63,279 bases of DNA from a virus (taxonomy: Duplodnaviria > Caudoviricetes): IMG/VR virus record IMGVR_UViG_3300046004_002250, positions 1 through 63,279 of that record; one strand, given 5' to 3'. The notes under the pieces were generated by a model that did not search any database, was not told where the DNA came from, and was given only the letters and a program-made list of their open reading frames with translations. This document shows, piece after piece, positions 48,325-57,649 of this stretch (its first letter is position 1; every line of letters begins with the position of its first letter). The position numbers and the translations under genes are program-made.

Positions 48325-48780
48325 TTAGGCGGCGCAGGTGATCTGGATGGCCCCGTTGGGCAGGGTTTTGCGGACGGGCTGGTATCCTTTCTGCCGAAGC
48401 ATGGCCATGGCGGTGTGGGCACCGTAGGTATCCTGCAGGCGGACGAGGTTGTCCCCGAAGCGCTCTTTGAGCTTCATGCCGTCATGGCGCAGGTTTTTGC
48501 CCGTGCCGAAGAAGTCCCAGGCGAGGGTGTAACTGCCGGCGGTGGTCTTGCTGGCGACGACGCCGATCTCGTAATGCACGCCGGGCAGGCGGATGACGTG
48601 ATCACACTTGCCAAGGTCGGCCAGGGTCATGCCCTCTGGCAGAGGTTCATCGCCCACTTTGGCGCCATACCAGTTGTAGGTGGGGACGTTGCGGTGGAGG
48701 GACGCGCCGAGTTCGGCGCAGGCAGCTTCGAGGGTGGCGAGGTCTTTGATGACCAGTTTGATGGTGGTGATGTGGGACAT
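48325..48780 (-). CDS. DUF1257/Ycf35-like protein
   Basis: MSHITTIK..IKDL..L.AAC.ELG, YEIGV, WDFF. Confidence 0.8.
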   Translation of the reverse strand: MSHITTIKLVIKDLATLEAACAELGASLHRNVPTYNWYGAKVGDEPLPEGMTLADLGKCDHVIRLPGVHYEIGVVASKTTAGSYTLAWDFFGTGKNLRHDGMKLKERFGDNLVRLQDTYGAHTAMAMLRQKGYQPVRKTLPNGAIQITCAA

Positions 48781-48804
48781 GGACGGTGGTGGTGGTGGGT
48801 TGGG

Positions 48805-49038
48805 TTATTGGGCGAGCAGGAGGTGATCGTGGTCGTGCTCCCATTGCAGGCAGGTGCTGCGGTCGGAGTGAGCGAAGAGGGGGGCGTGGTCGGACTGGAT
48901 GCGGACTTCCCATTCCTGAGTCAGGAAATTGAAGTCCACCGTGGAAGCGCGCTCGACTTGGCAAGGGCCGAGTTCACGCAGATCGACGGCATCCGTCCAC
49001 AGGGCGCGGGCGGTGCCATTGGCGATTTCGATGGTCAT
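48805..49038 (-). CDS. Hypothetical protein
   Basis: LWTDAVDLRELG...VERASTV. Confidence 0.65.
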   Translation of the reverse strand: MTIEIANGTARALWTDAVDLRELGPCQVERASTVDFNFLTQEWEVRIQSDHAPLFAHSDRSTCLQWEHDHDHLLLAQ

Positions 49039-49052
49039 GGTGGTGGCGTGTG

Positions 49053-49128
49053 GTAACAAAAAGTGACAATTAACTAAACTTAACACGGCGGGCCGTATCA
49101 CGTAAAGTTAATTGTCACGATGAGTGAC
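49053..49128. promoter_or_regulatory. Operator array
   Basis: Four GTNAC-N5-GTNAC-like boxes arranged as an inverted repeat. Confidence 0.65.
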
Positions 49129-49136
49129 GGATGAGG

Positions 49137-49439
49137 TCAGGCGGCGAACGGCAGGCCGCTGGCGGCTGGGGTTGGCAGGGTGGTGGTGGCGGGGTCAAAG
49201 GCGGCGCAGCGCAGCCAGACCCACTGCTTGCTGGCGCTGTCCCAGACACGGCCACGGCGGACGTAGCCGTCGTGGTCGATGTTTAGCAGATCGCCCTCCT
49301 TGCCATGCAGGACAAAGGCGGCGGGTGGGCGGTAACGCTGGGGCACGGTGGTGCTGGCGGCTTGGAGCTTGGCCTCGTTGAGATCTGTGTGGATGCGGCC
49401 GGGCTGGGTGCGGCGGCGGGTGGTGCAGGCGGTGATCAT
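49137..49439 (-). CDS. Hypothetical protein
   Basis: Coupled ORF. Confidence 0.55.
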   Translation of the reverse strand: MITACTTRRRTQPGRIHTDLNEAKLQAASTTVPQRYRPPAAFVLHGKEGDLLNIDHDGYVRRGRVWDSASKQWVWLRCAAFDPATTTLPTPAASGLPFAA

Positions 49440-50392
49440 GCGGCGATGGAGTCAGGGGTGGGTTGAGCGGTTGGGGCGGTGGGTTTCGGAGCGGCGGGTG
49501 CAGCGAGCTTGCGCGGGGCCAGGTTGAGGCCGTAGCTGGTGGCCAGCGTAGATAGGGCGGCGGCGGTGCTGGTGCGGGCGATGGCGCTGTCACGCAGGTC
49601 GGCCTGCGTGCGGTTGAGCATCCGGCGGGCATCGGCCACCAGGCGGCTGATGGTGCTGTCCTCCGTCATGTTGTATTGCGGGGCCAGTTCCAGAATCTCG
49701 TTGAGATTTTCCAGAGTGCGGGCGTGGATTTGTGGCTCGGCTTTGAGGCGTGGCTGGCCGTCGGGGCCGGTCTCGTAGAGAGACTGGAACAGACGGTTCA
49801 TCTTCTCGGTGATGCGCTCCATGAGCTGATTGCGCGCCTGTGTGCCTGCCAGTTGGGTGGCTTGCGCCAGTTGATCCTTGAGCATCTGGACGCGGGCATC
49901 TGACAGGCCGGGCACGGCATCCAACGCATCTGGATTCGGCAGGGGCAGCAGCCCGTAATCGAAACAGAACAGGTCGGGCAGGGTGTGGGCGGCGGGGTAG
50001 TCCTCTTCACGGTAGGCATCTTTGAGGATTTCAAGGCGGGCGCGCTGCTTGTAGGATGCGTAATTGTCGATGAAGCGGCGGACGGCGGCATCCCACTGAT
50101 CCTTCCACGCGGCCATGCTGCGTAGGTAAGCTTCGGAGCGGGAGGCTGGGATGATGCTGCCAAAGGGGGCCACAAAGGTCTGCTTTTCGTGGTCTGACTT
50201 GGCGGCGCTGCGGATCTGGCGGATGGGCTTGAGGCAATCGTCAGGCAGGCGGCAGCGGCTGTATTTTCCGGCTTTGTCACTCATGTTGTGCTTGCGGTGC
50301 ACTTCATCGGTGAGGTCGTCGTCCTTGAGATTGTTGCCGAACAGAGAGAACTTCTGGCGGGCCAGCAGGGTGGTTTGAGTGAGGGGATTCAT
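49436..50392 (-). CDS. DUF3150-like protein (tentative)
   Basis: F..NY..YK..AR...L...YREEDYP...F.FD pattern; clusters with DUF1257, DUF2997 and AAA genes. Confidence 0.6.
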   Translation of the reverse strand: MNPLTQTTLLARQKFSLFGNNLKDDDLTDEVHRKHNMSDKAGKYSRCRLPDDCLKPIRQIRSAAKSDHEKQTFVAPFGSIIPASRSEAYLRSMAAWKDQWDAAVRRFIDNYASYKQRARLEILKDAYREEDYPAAHTLPDLFCFDYGLLPLPNPDALDAVPGLSDARVQMLKDQLAQATQLAGTQARNQLMERITEKMNRLFQSLYETGPDGQPRLKAEPQIHARTLENLNEILELAPQYNMTEDSTISRLVADARRMLNRTQADLRDSAIARTSTAAALSTLATSYGLNLAPRKLAAPAAPKPTAPTAQPTPDSIAA

Positions 50393-50499
50393 GGGCGTGG
50401 GTTTGGGGGTGTAACTGAAACAGTTTTTTTACATTTGGTAACGAACTGACGCAGACTGTCACCGTGCCGCCGGAGTGGCGGCACGGGATAGCGGACGGG

Positions 50500-50685
50500 T
50501 TAGGGTTTGAAGTAGGCATTGACGCCAATGGTCACCGCCTTCTTGCTGCCATCGGCAGCGGTGTATTCGGCGGCATTTTTGGCGGTGTCGCTGGCGAGCA
50601 GGTAGGACTTGCCGGACGAGGAAATCTTGGGCGCGTTCAGGTTGATTTCGATGGTGAGGAGGTTGTTTTTGATGCTGGCTTTCAT
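50500..50685 (-). CDS. Small hypothetical protein
   Basis: LTIEI...SSSGKSYLLAS...IGVNAY. Confidence 0.75.
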   Translation of the reverse strand: MKASIKNNLLTIEINLNAPKISSSGKSYLLASDTAKNAAEYTAADGSKKAVTIGVNAYFKP

Positions 50686-50729
50686 TGGGTGGGTTTGGTT
50701 TGGGTTTGGGGAAAGGATGAAGGGTGGTG

Positions 50730-51383
50730 TTACCATTCCATGAGCAGGCCTGTGCAGAAGCCGAACTCTTGGTGGCGGATGTTTTCCGCGACTACAGCAG
50801 CAAGGCTGGCGATGGGGTCGGCGGTGGCTTGGATGAGGTAATAAGCCTGCTCCACACTGTCGAATCCCGCCTTGGGATCGAATAGGCCGAGCCGCTCTTG
50901 CATGACTTGGGTGATGCGCTCTGCGAGGGCATTGGTTTGATCATCCTGTGCTGCGATGTCGCGCAAATGGATCAGTGCGTCGATCATGGCCTTGTCCACC
51001 TCGGTGAGGGTGGGCGCTTCGGGCGCAGGGACGATGGCGGTGATGGGTGGTTCCGGTGCAAGGCAGCCACACTCGTCGCCCTCATCTGGATGGGGTGGCA
51101 CGGGCATTCCGGGCGGGGTGGCGAGGTGCTGAGAGAAGGTGTCAGTCTCGGGGCCATCCGTGGTGACGCACCAGTCGCCGTAATAGGTATCGTCATAGTG
51201 GATCAAGTCTTCGATGGCAGAGAGGTAGCCTTCTTTGAAGTTTTCAAAGACGAAGTGGGGTGGGTCGCCGTAGGTGCCGGAGAGGCTTTTGATCGGCCCG
51301 AAGGTGGGGCCGACAGTGCCCCAGTCCTCGGGTTGATCGTCGGGGTGGCTGCGGCCGTGGAAGAGATGCAAGAAGAGAGCCAT
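50730..51383 (-). CDS. Hypothetical protein
   Basis: LHLFHGR...DWG..GP...YYGDW. Confidence 0.7.
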   Translation of the reverse strand: MALFLHLFHGRSHPDDQPEDWGTVGPTFGPIKSLSGTYGDPPHFVFENFKEGYLSAIEDLIHYDDTYYGDWCVTTDGPETDTFSQHLATPPGMPVPPHPDEGDECGCLAPEPPITAIVPAPEAPTLTEVDKAMIDALIHLRDIAAQDDQTNALAERITQVMQERLGLFDPKAGFDSVEQAYYLIQATADPIASLAAVVAENIRHQEFGFCTGLLMEW

Positions 51384-51416
51384 GATGTGGGTGGTGTTTG
51401 GGTTTGGGGTGAGTGG

Positions 51417-51632
51417 TTACCAGCAGAGTTGGAGCAGGCCGTTGGCGAGCTTCCAGAGACCGGACTTGCCGGCATTGCGCGGACGGAGTTCACGGGGTTT
51501 CAGGGTGCCGAGGCTGGTGCGGCGGGCGCTGCGCAGGATGTTGGCGGCGTGAGCGCGCACGATTTTTTCATCGCCAATGCTTTCAGGCATGGCGGTGGCG
51601 TGGGGGCTGAGTGGGGTGTAGGTGAGTTTCAT
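51417..51632 (-). CDS. Hypothetical protein
   Basis: MKLTYT start. Confidence 0.5.
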   Translation of the reverse strand: MKLTYTPLSPHATAMPESIGDEKIVRAHAANILRSARRTSLGTLKPRELRPRNAGKSGLWKLANGLLQLCW

Positions 51633-51702
51633 GGCGTTTGGGTGTGGGTATAAAAAAGCCCGCGCCGCTGGGGAGCGGGCGGGCGGGTTGGGGTTGAGTG
51701 GT

Positions 51703-52521
51703 TTAGGCTTGGGTGCGGGTGCCGAGGAAGCGCAGGTCATGCTGGGATTCCCAGATGCTGATGCTGCTGCGGCCCCAGGCGGATGTGCTGGTGCTGGTTT
51801 GGGTGGGGTTGGCGGGTGGACGGTAGGCCAGAGTGCGGGCCTTGAAGGCAGGCACGGGGGCGGGTTCAGGTTGCGGTGGCGGGGTAGGGGCGGGTGCCTT
51901 GGCCTTCACGGTCTTGGCCTTGATGGTCTTGCCGGAGTGCCAGACGGCCTTAAGCAGGGGCGGGCCGCATTCCGGCAGGGTGCCGTCGATGGCCAGTTCC
52001 CAATGAGCGCGGATGCTGGCGGGTGCCTTGGGCACGGGGGCGGACGGGGCGGGGTCTGCCAGACGGGTCATGAGACCGGCTTTGGTGGCGATCCAGCCAC
52101 GGGTGAAGCGATCCATGCGGCGGGCGTGGGCTTCACCTTCGGGGGCAAACCATCGCTGCGCTTTGATGGACGCGATGGCGCTGGACTTGCGCAGCTTGCC
52201 GCCACGGGAGGCAAAGGTGCCTGGACTGGCCTTCTGTGGGAACAGCAGCACGGCTTTGCCATTTTTGTAGCGCGGGGTGCCATCCGCTTTGATTTCCAGA
52301 TTCGCATCCGCGAGGTGGGCGGAGTAGGACATGGGAGCCGCAAAGAACTCATCATGGCAGGCGGGGGCGGTGAAGCCCTTGGTAGGCATATTTTCGGGAT
52401 CAGGGCCGTCATCGGTCGGGAGAAACCGGACGGGGTCGGCGGCAGTTTTAATGGCTGCCCATTTAGCGGCACGGGCCGCAAAGGCTTTCGTGCCTGGACT
52501 TGCAAGTAGATCGGATAACAT
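51703..52521 (-). CDS. Basic Pro/Ala-rich early protein
   Basis: 272 aa; followed by a hairpin and T run at 51652-51687. Confidence 0.6.
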   Translation of the reverse strand: MLSDLLASPGTKAFAARAAKWAAIKTAADPVRFLPTDDGPDPENMPTKGFTAPACHDEFFAAPMSYSAHLADANLEIKADGTPRYKNGKAVLLFPQKASPGTFASRGGKLRKSSAIASIKAQRWFAPEGEAHARRMDRFTRGWIATKAGLMTRLADPAPSAPVPKAPASIRAHWELAIDGTLPECGPPLLKAVWHSGKTIKAKTVKAKAPAPTPPPQPEPAPVPAFKARTLAYRPPANPTQTSTSTSAWGRSSISIWESQHDLRFLGTRTQA

Positions 52522-52672
52522 AAGAGGAGCACGCCGAGCGTGTGGTGGTGGGTATGATTCCAGCTTGGTGCCGCAGAGCGGCGGACGGGGAAAGGCACGC
52601 CGGGCGTGCTATTCAGGGCACGGACATCCCTTGTGCCGCAGAGTTGCGGACGGTGGCCCGTGGGCAAAAGTC

Positions 52673-52705
52673 AAAAAAGAGGGCCGCGCTTTTTAGCGCG
52701 GCCCT
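52673..52705 (-). terminator. Rho-independent terminator
   Basis: AGGGCCGCGCT-AAAA-AGCGCGGCCCT-CTTTTTT. Confidence 0.85.
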
Positions 52706-52710
52706 TGATT

Positions 52711-53502
52711 TTAGGCTGCCTGCTTGAATGGCGCGATGTTCGCGGCAGGTGAAAGCAGGGCTTTCAATTTTTCCGGCGAGTTGCAAAGGGCCGCCAGCAT
52801 AGAGCGGGCCGCCTCTGCCTGCTTGTCATTCATGCGCGAAAGATGGCCTTTCACAAGCTCGACAAGCGCAATCGCTGAAAGCGTAGCGGCAGGCGCATCA
52901 GTGGCGGCAGGCGCAGTGGCGGCAGGCGCATCAGTGGCGGCAGGCGCAGTGGCGGCAGGCGCATCAGTGGCGGCAGGCGCAGTGGCGGCAGGCGCAGTGG
53001 CGGCAGGCGCATCAGTGGCGGCAGGCGCATCAGTGGCGGCAGGGAATTTTTCGAGGATATAAGCAATCCATCCAGCGCGAAACTTACAAGGGCCGCTTAA
53101 GTATTTCGTGAGCTTTTCAAGCGTAGCCGTGTCTTTTTTGATGCTCGAAAAATAATCTGCCAATGTTCGACTTTCAGCGCGTGAAATTGCTTCATAAGAC
53201 GCTTGAGGGATGAAAGCTGAAATAGCGCTCAAGACATCCGCAAAAGACTTGCTATCCTCGAAAGCCTTGCGCGTGCCAGTGCCGTATTCCTTCACAATTT
53301 CGGCGAGTGAAAGGCCGTTTCTTTGTGCGTGAAAGCGAATCGCTCCAATGTAAGGCAAGCGAGAATTGGTGAACGAATCAAGGGCCGCAAATTCTGCGAT
53401 TGCGAGCGTCTTGATAGAATCGCCGGAAAGGGATGCGAGTGAAGCCAAGTCGAACTTGGCGAATTCAGGAGCGGCAGGGGCCGCGATAGGGGATTTTTTC
53501 AT
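52711..53502 (-). CDS. First early gene, with PAAT(D)A tandem repeats
   Basis: 263 aa with distinct codon usage. Confidence 0.75.
   Translation of the reverse strand: MKKSPIAAPAAPEFAKFDLASLASLSGDSIKTLAIAEFAALDSFTNSRLPYIGAIRFHAQRNGLSLAEIVKEYGTGTRKAFEDSKSFADVLSAISAFIPQASYEAISRAESRTLADYFSSIKKDTATLEKLTKYLSGPCKFRAGWIAYILEKFPAATDAPAATDAPAATAPAATAPAATDAPAATAPAATDAPAATAPAATDAPAATLSAIALVELVKGHLSRMNDKQAEAARSMLAALCNSPEKLKALLSPAANIAPFKQAA
52885..53043 (-). repeat. Coding 15/18-bp tandem repeat
   Basis: GCAGGCGCA(TCA)GTGGCG units. Confidence 0.95.
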
Positions 53503-53875
53503 GGGATATTAGAGGCACGCCGGGCGTGCTATTTCGGGCACGTATCTCCCGCCCGTCACCAGTATGGCTTCGGAAAAAACGGAAAGGCACGCGGCCCTCG
53601 CTAAGGTTTGACACTTCACAGTGTGAACCACTGTCTAATCTTAGCAGATCACATAACACTATCAACCACTTTCGACACTTTCCCGAAAAATAAACATTCC
53701 CGCATTCTAAACTTTCGTGATAACTTGGCATGATTCCTGAATTTGTGAAAGCGTGCCAAGTTTAGAAAAAACTGTCACTAGGTGAAATTTACTTATACAT
53801 AAGTAAATTTACTAACCAAGCAGAGATGGGCGCGTGTGGCCTGGGATGCGTCCGGCGGATGGCGGCGGCAGGGGG

Positions 53876-54118
53876 TTAGCGTCCGTGTTCCTGCTGCGCT
53901 GCGAGCCAGGTGGCGATTTCCAGAAAGTAACTGGCGCTGGGCTGGACTTTCCCGCTGGCAAAGTTGCTGACACTGACTCTGGCACCTGGTAATGTGAGGC
54001 CGCGCTGGTGAACGAGATGGCGGGCCAAGGCGCTCTTGCTGCCATGGTGCCGGTTGAGGTGATCGTTCAGCTCGGTGAGCCAGACATCGTAGTTGGCGGG
54101 CAGGGTGATGGTTTTCAC
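53876..54118 (-). CDS. Cro-like HTH protein
   Basis: HGSKSALARHL...VSNFASGKVQPSA. Confidence 0.6.
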   Translation of the reverse strand: MKTITLPANYDVWLTELNDHLNRHHGSKSALARHLVHQRGLTLPGARVSVSNFASGKVQPSASYFLEIATWLAAQQEHGR

Positions 54119-54194
54119 GGAAAGGATGAAGGTGGAAGGATGAAGGATGAAGAGGTGAACTGCAAGCGGGATTGGTGACAGGCCAAGTTTGCTG

Positions 54195-54776
54195 ATGAAT
54201 ATCACAGCAGATCATTGGTTGGATACAGCGGTGCGGCGTCCGGTTGTCGGGGGCTCGGCCATGAATGTGCGGCGCTTTCTGGTCTGGCATTTCACGAGTG
54301 GAGCCACGGCGGTCTCAAGCATCAACTACTGGAACAGCACGGCGGCCAATGGGGCATGCGCTCATGTGGTGATTGATCGGGATGGCACGATCTATCAATG
54401 CCGTCCTTTCAACAAAACCTGCGGTCATGCCGGAGTGAGCAAGTGGCAGGGATTCAGCGGGCTGAACAGTTGCGCCATCGGGATCGAGCTGGCGAATGCG
54501 GGGGATGAGACATCGCTGGCCAAACGCTGGACGAAACTGCCGCTGGTGCGTGCGCGGCATCGCAATGGCGGGCCGGTGCAGGAGTGGGAGGCGTATCCGC
54601 CAGCGCAGCTTGCGGCCTGTGAGGCGCTGTCGAAGGTGCTGGTGAAACGCTACAATCTGGATGACGGGATCGGCCATGAAGATGTGGCACCAGCACGCAA
54701 GAATGATCCAGGCCCGGCCTTTCCCATGCAGGCCATGCGGGAAGCCTGCGGGTTCAAGGGCATGCCGAAACCGTGA
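54195..54776 (+). CDS. Endolysin, N-acetylmuramoyl-L-alanine amidase (Amidase_2)
   Basis: VWHFT, AHVVIDRDG, HAG, IGIELAN, GHEDV, RKNDPGPAFP. Confidence 0.93.
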   Translation: MNITADHWLDTAVRRPVVGGSAMNVRRFLVWHFTSGATAVSSINYWNSTAANGACAHVVIDRDGTIYQCRPFNKTCGHAGVSKWQGFSGLNSCAIGIELANAGDETSLAKRWTKLPLVRARHRNGGPVQEWEAYPPAQLAACEALSKVLVKRYNLDDGIGHEDVAPARKNDPGPAFPMQAMREACGFKGMPKP

Positions 54777-54799
54777 AGTGTTGACGCTGCGGTGTGGGC

Positions 54800-55042
54800 A
54801 TGGGCATGTCACAACACCTTGAGGTTTACGAGAGTTACACCGGCGCGGAACTGGAGGAGGAGATCACGCGGCTGAAAACGGCGCGCAAGGGTTACCTGAG
54901 CCAGTCGATCGGCAGCAAAAGTTACACGCAGGATCTGCGGCGGATCGATGACATGCTGCAAGCCTGCGTTCGGGTGAAGAACGGGAAGGCAAGCAGTGGC
55001 AACAGCGTCATGAAAGGGAGGGCGGATTTTTCCGGAGCCTGA
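54800..55042 (+). CDS. gpW-like head completion protein
   Basis: Helix-SQSIGSKSYT-helix; upstream of a lambda-type portal. Confidence 0.65.
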   Translation: MGMSQHLEVYESYTGAELEEEITRLKTARKGYLSQSIGSKSYTQDLRRIDDMLQACVRVKNGKASSGNSVMKGRADFSGA

Positions 55043-55332
55043 TGCCGATCCAGGAACTCACGACTGAGGAGCAGGCCGCACGGGGCGTGCGCAGCTTCCT
55101 GCTGCAAGGGCAGATGACGCGCTGCCGCGTGGAGATGCAGTGGCAGGAGGAGGTGGACTATTCCGGTGCGCCGGAGTGGCGGGCACTGCCAGCGCCGGGC
55201 AATCGGGTGGTGATGGAAGAGCTGCTGGCGCTGCTGGCGGATTTGCGGCCGGTGATGATGGGGAGCCGTTTGGCCGTTTGGCCGGTTGACGCGGGTGGCG
55301 TGGCATGGGAAAGCCAACACTCAACCTGTTAG
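55042..55332 (+). CDS. Hypothetical protein
   Basis: TGATG coupling. Confidence 0.45.
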   Translation: MPIQELTTEEQAARGVRSFLLQGQMTRCRVEMQWQEEVDYSGAPEWRALPAPGNRVVMEELLALLADLRPVMMGSRLAVWPVDAGGVAWESQHSTC

Positions 55333-57026
55333 AAAAAGTCATTTCGTATGTGTCACCGACCATGGCGCTGGAGCGCGGTCATGCGCGGCAGATGCTGACT
55401 CAATTTGGATACGACGGGGTGAGCGGGGATGGCAGGCGTGGCACCAGCGGGGGCACGCCAGGGCGGAATGGATCACCGGAGAATCCGCGCATGTCGCTGG
55501 ATGTGGTGAAGCTGATGTGGGAGAGCCGGGATCTGGAGCGCAATTCACCGCTGTGGAACGGGGTGCTGAGCCGGACGACGCGCTACTCGCTGGGCACGAT
55601 CAAGTGGCAGAGCCGCACGGGTGACAGTGCGCTGGATGCCGAATATGAGGCCTACTTTGAGAACTGGCAGAAGAATTGCGATTACAAGGGCCAGCATGAT
55701 TTCACCAAGCTGTGCCAGCTTTACCTGCGCTCCATGCTGCGGGATGGGGATGTGGGCGTGCATTTTGTCGATGAAGGCGGTGAACTGAAACTGCAGGGGA
55801 TCGAGGCCGACCGCATTGGTGATCCGAATCAGGCGGGCAATCAGGGCAACAATGAAGTGCGCGGCGTGAAGCTGGGTGAGCACGGCGAGGTCACCGGATA
55901 CAAGATTTACAAGCGGAACCGGAACAACCAGTATGACTTTGATCAGGAGGTGGTGCCGTCTGATTTTGTGCTGCTGATGGATGCGGAGCGGATTGACCAG
56001 ACACGGGGCATCTGCTGGGCGGGCGGGGCGCTGACAGTGCCGCGAGACCTCAAGGAGCTGGATCAATCGGAGATGGATGCCGCCAAGTTTGCCGCCAGCT
56101 TTGCCGGGTTCCTGAAATCCAACAATCCCTACAGCAGCAAGTCCGGCTCGGCCTGGGATGGCAAGGGAGCGGATGGCGTGAACAAGATGGAGATGAAGAG
56201 CGGCATCATCCAGCGGTTGCCGGAGGGGGATGACATTGTTTTCCAGAATCCGCCAAACCGGCCAAACGGTGCCTACATGGCGTATTATGAGAACAAGATC
56301 CGTGAGTTCTCGGTGAAGCTGGACATGCCGTTTGGCTTCATCTGGAATCTGGCCATGCTGGGTGGGGTCACGGCACGCATCGAGGTGAACCAGGTCATGC
56401 GCACCTTGAAGCATTTCCGTGAACTGATGCGGCGGAAGCTGCTGGAAGAAGTGGTGGTGCGAGTGCTGCGGCGCGGGGTGGCGAACAAAGACATCCGCCA
56501 GCATCCGAAACGCGGTGCGGGCAAGTGGAACTTTGGCGCGGAGATCACGGGTGATGTGGGCCATGATACGTCGGCAGATTTGCAGTTGCTGGAAGTCGGG
56601 GCCATCAGCCTGAGTGATCTGGTCGAGGGCAAGCTGGGCGGTGACTTTGAAGAGCTGTGCAAATCACAGGCCCGTGAAATGACCATCCGGCAGGAAGTGG
56701 CGGCGGAGAGCGGCGTGCCGATCGAACTGCAAAGCGAGCGGTTCCCGAATGCGACACAACTGCTGGCAGCCATGCAGACACGGGGAGAGCCGGACGCAGA
56801 GCAGCCTGTGCTGGATGAAAATGCACCGGAGCAGATGCCGATGGACTCCCCTGCCCCACCGGCCGGTCTGGCGGCAGCGCATGGCAAGGACGCGGTCAAG
56901 GGTCTGCTGGACATCATGAAAAAACTGAACACGGGCGAGTTGACTCGCGAACAGGCAGTGACGGTGCTGGTGGCGAGCTACGGCATGGACTTGGCCGAAG
57001 CAGAGCAAATCATCCCGAACCAATAA
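55305..57026 (+). CDS. Portal protein, lambda family
   Basis: SRDLERN, RDGD, IEADRI, RIDQTRG, ARIE. Confidence 0.92.
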   Translation: MGKPTLNLLEKVISYVSPTMALERGHARQMLTQFGYDGVSGDGRRGTSGGTPGRNGSPENPRMSLDVVKLMWESRDLERNSPLWNGVLSRTTRYSLGTIKWQSRTGDSALDAEYEAYFENWQKNCDYKGQHDFTKLCQLYLRSMLRDGDVGVHFVDEGGELKLQGIEADRIGDPNQAGNQGNNEVRGVKLGEHGEVTGYKIYKRNRNNQYDFDQEVVPSDFVLLMDAERIDQTRGICWAGGALTVPRDLKELDQSEMDAAKFAASFAGFLKSNNPYSSKSGSAWDGKGADGVNKMEMKSGIIQRLPEGDDIVFQNPPNRPNGAYMAYYENKIREFSVKLDMPFGFIWNLAMLGGVTARIEVNQVMRTLKHFRELMRRKLLEEVVVRVLRRGVANKDIRQHPKRGAGKWNFGAEITGDVGHDTSADLQLLEVGAISLSDLVEGKLGGDFEELCKSQAREMTIRQEVAAESGVPIELQSERFPNATQLLAAMQTRGEPDAEQPVLDENAPEQMPMDSPAPPAGLAAAHGKDAVKGLLDIMKKLNTGELTREQAVTVLVASYGMDLAEAEQIIPNQ

Positions 57027-57052
57027 CAACCAAACAACCCAAAAAAACCAAG

Positions 57053-57397
57053 ATGGCTGAGATCACACATCGACTTTGTCTGCCCGTGGGCAGTTACATG
57101 AAACAGGGCGCTCAGAAGGCGACCATTGAATACCGTGAGCTGGGCGTGCTCATGGTGTTTCAGGACAATGCAGGCAATGAATGGACGGAGGTGCGTCTGC
57201 ATGTGGATGCGCTCAATCCCGTGCTGGCCACACTGGCACGGGGCCAGATGGAAAAGGGCACCAGCTCGGCGCGGGTGAAATTGTTCGGCATCGACAATGG
57301 CCGTGGGGCATCGAGCCGGGCCAAACCAGCGACACCGGCAGAGACGGGGCCGATGAATACGGCGGCACCGAGTGAGGGCGACGACATTCCCTTCTGA
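57053..57397 (+). CDS. Small SSB-like protein
   Basis: C-terminal DDIPF after a flexible linker. Confidence 0.55.
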   Translation: MAEITHRLCLPVGSYMKQGAQKATIEYRELGVLMVFQDNAGNEWTEVRLHVDALNPVLATLARGQMEKGTSSARVKLFGIDNGRGASSRAKPATPAETGPMNTAAPSEGDDIPF

Positions 57398-57399
57398 TC

Positions 57400-57621
57400 A
57401 TGAGTGCCGGGGTGAAATCCAATCTGGGCGTGTGCTATGGTGGCGCGCAGGATGGGGCTGAATTTGCCCTGGTGGCAGCGAGTGAGCCGGGCAGTGATCC
57501 GCCGTTTGCGCGGCGGGTCATCATCAAGGGGGAGACTTATGTCTGGCATGAGGCCATGAGTCTGCGGCTGGGGCGGCAGGTGTTCGTGCATCAGCGGATT
57601 GAAGCTTGGAAGGTGCAGTAG
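57400..57621 (+). CDS. Hypothetical protein
   Basis: Short ORF between late genes. Confidence 0.45.
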   Translation: MSAGVKSNLGVCYGGAQDGAEFALVAASEPGSDPPFARRVIIKGETYVWHEAMSLRLGRQVFVHQRIEAWKVQ

Positions 57622-57649
57622 GCTGCCAAGTTGACGTGGAGTGGCCAAC

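Noticed and set aside
52885-53043. Tandem repeats as a CRISPR array
   Set aside because: No unique spacers; in-frame coding PAAT(D)A repeat; no cas genes seen
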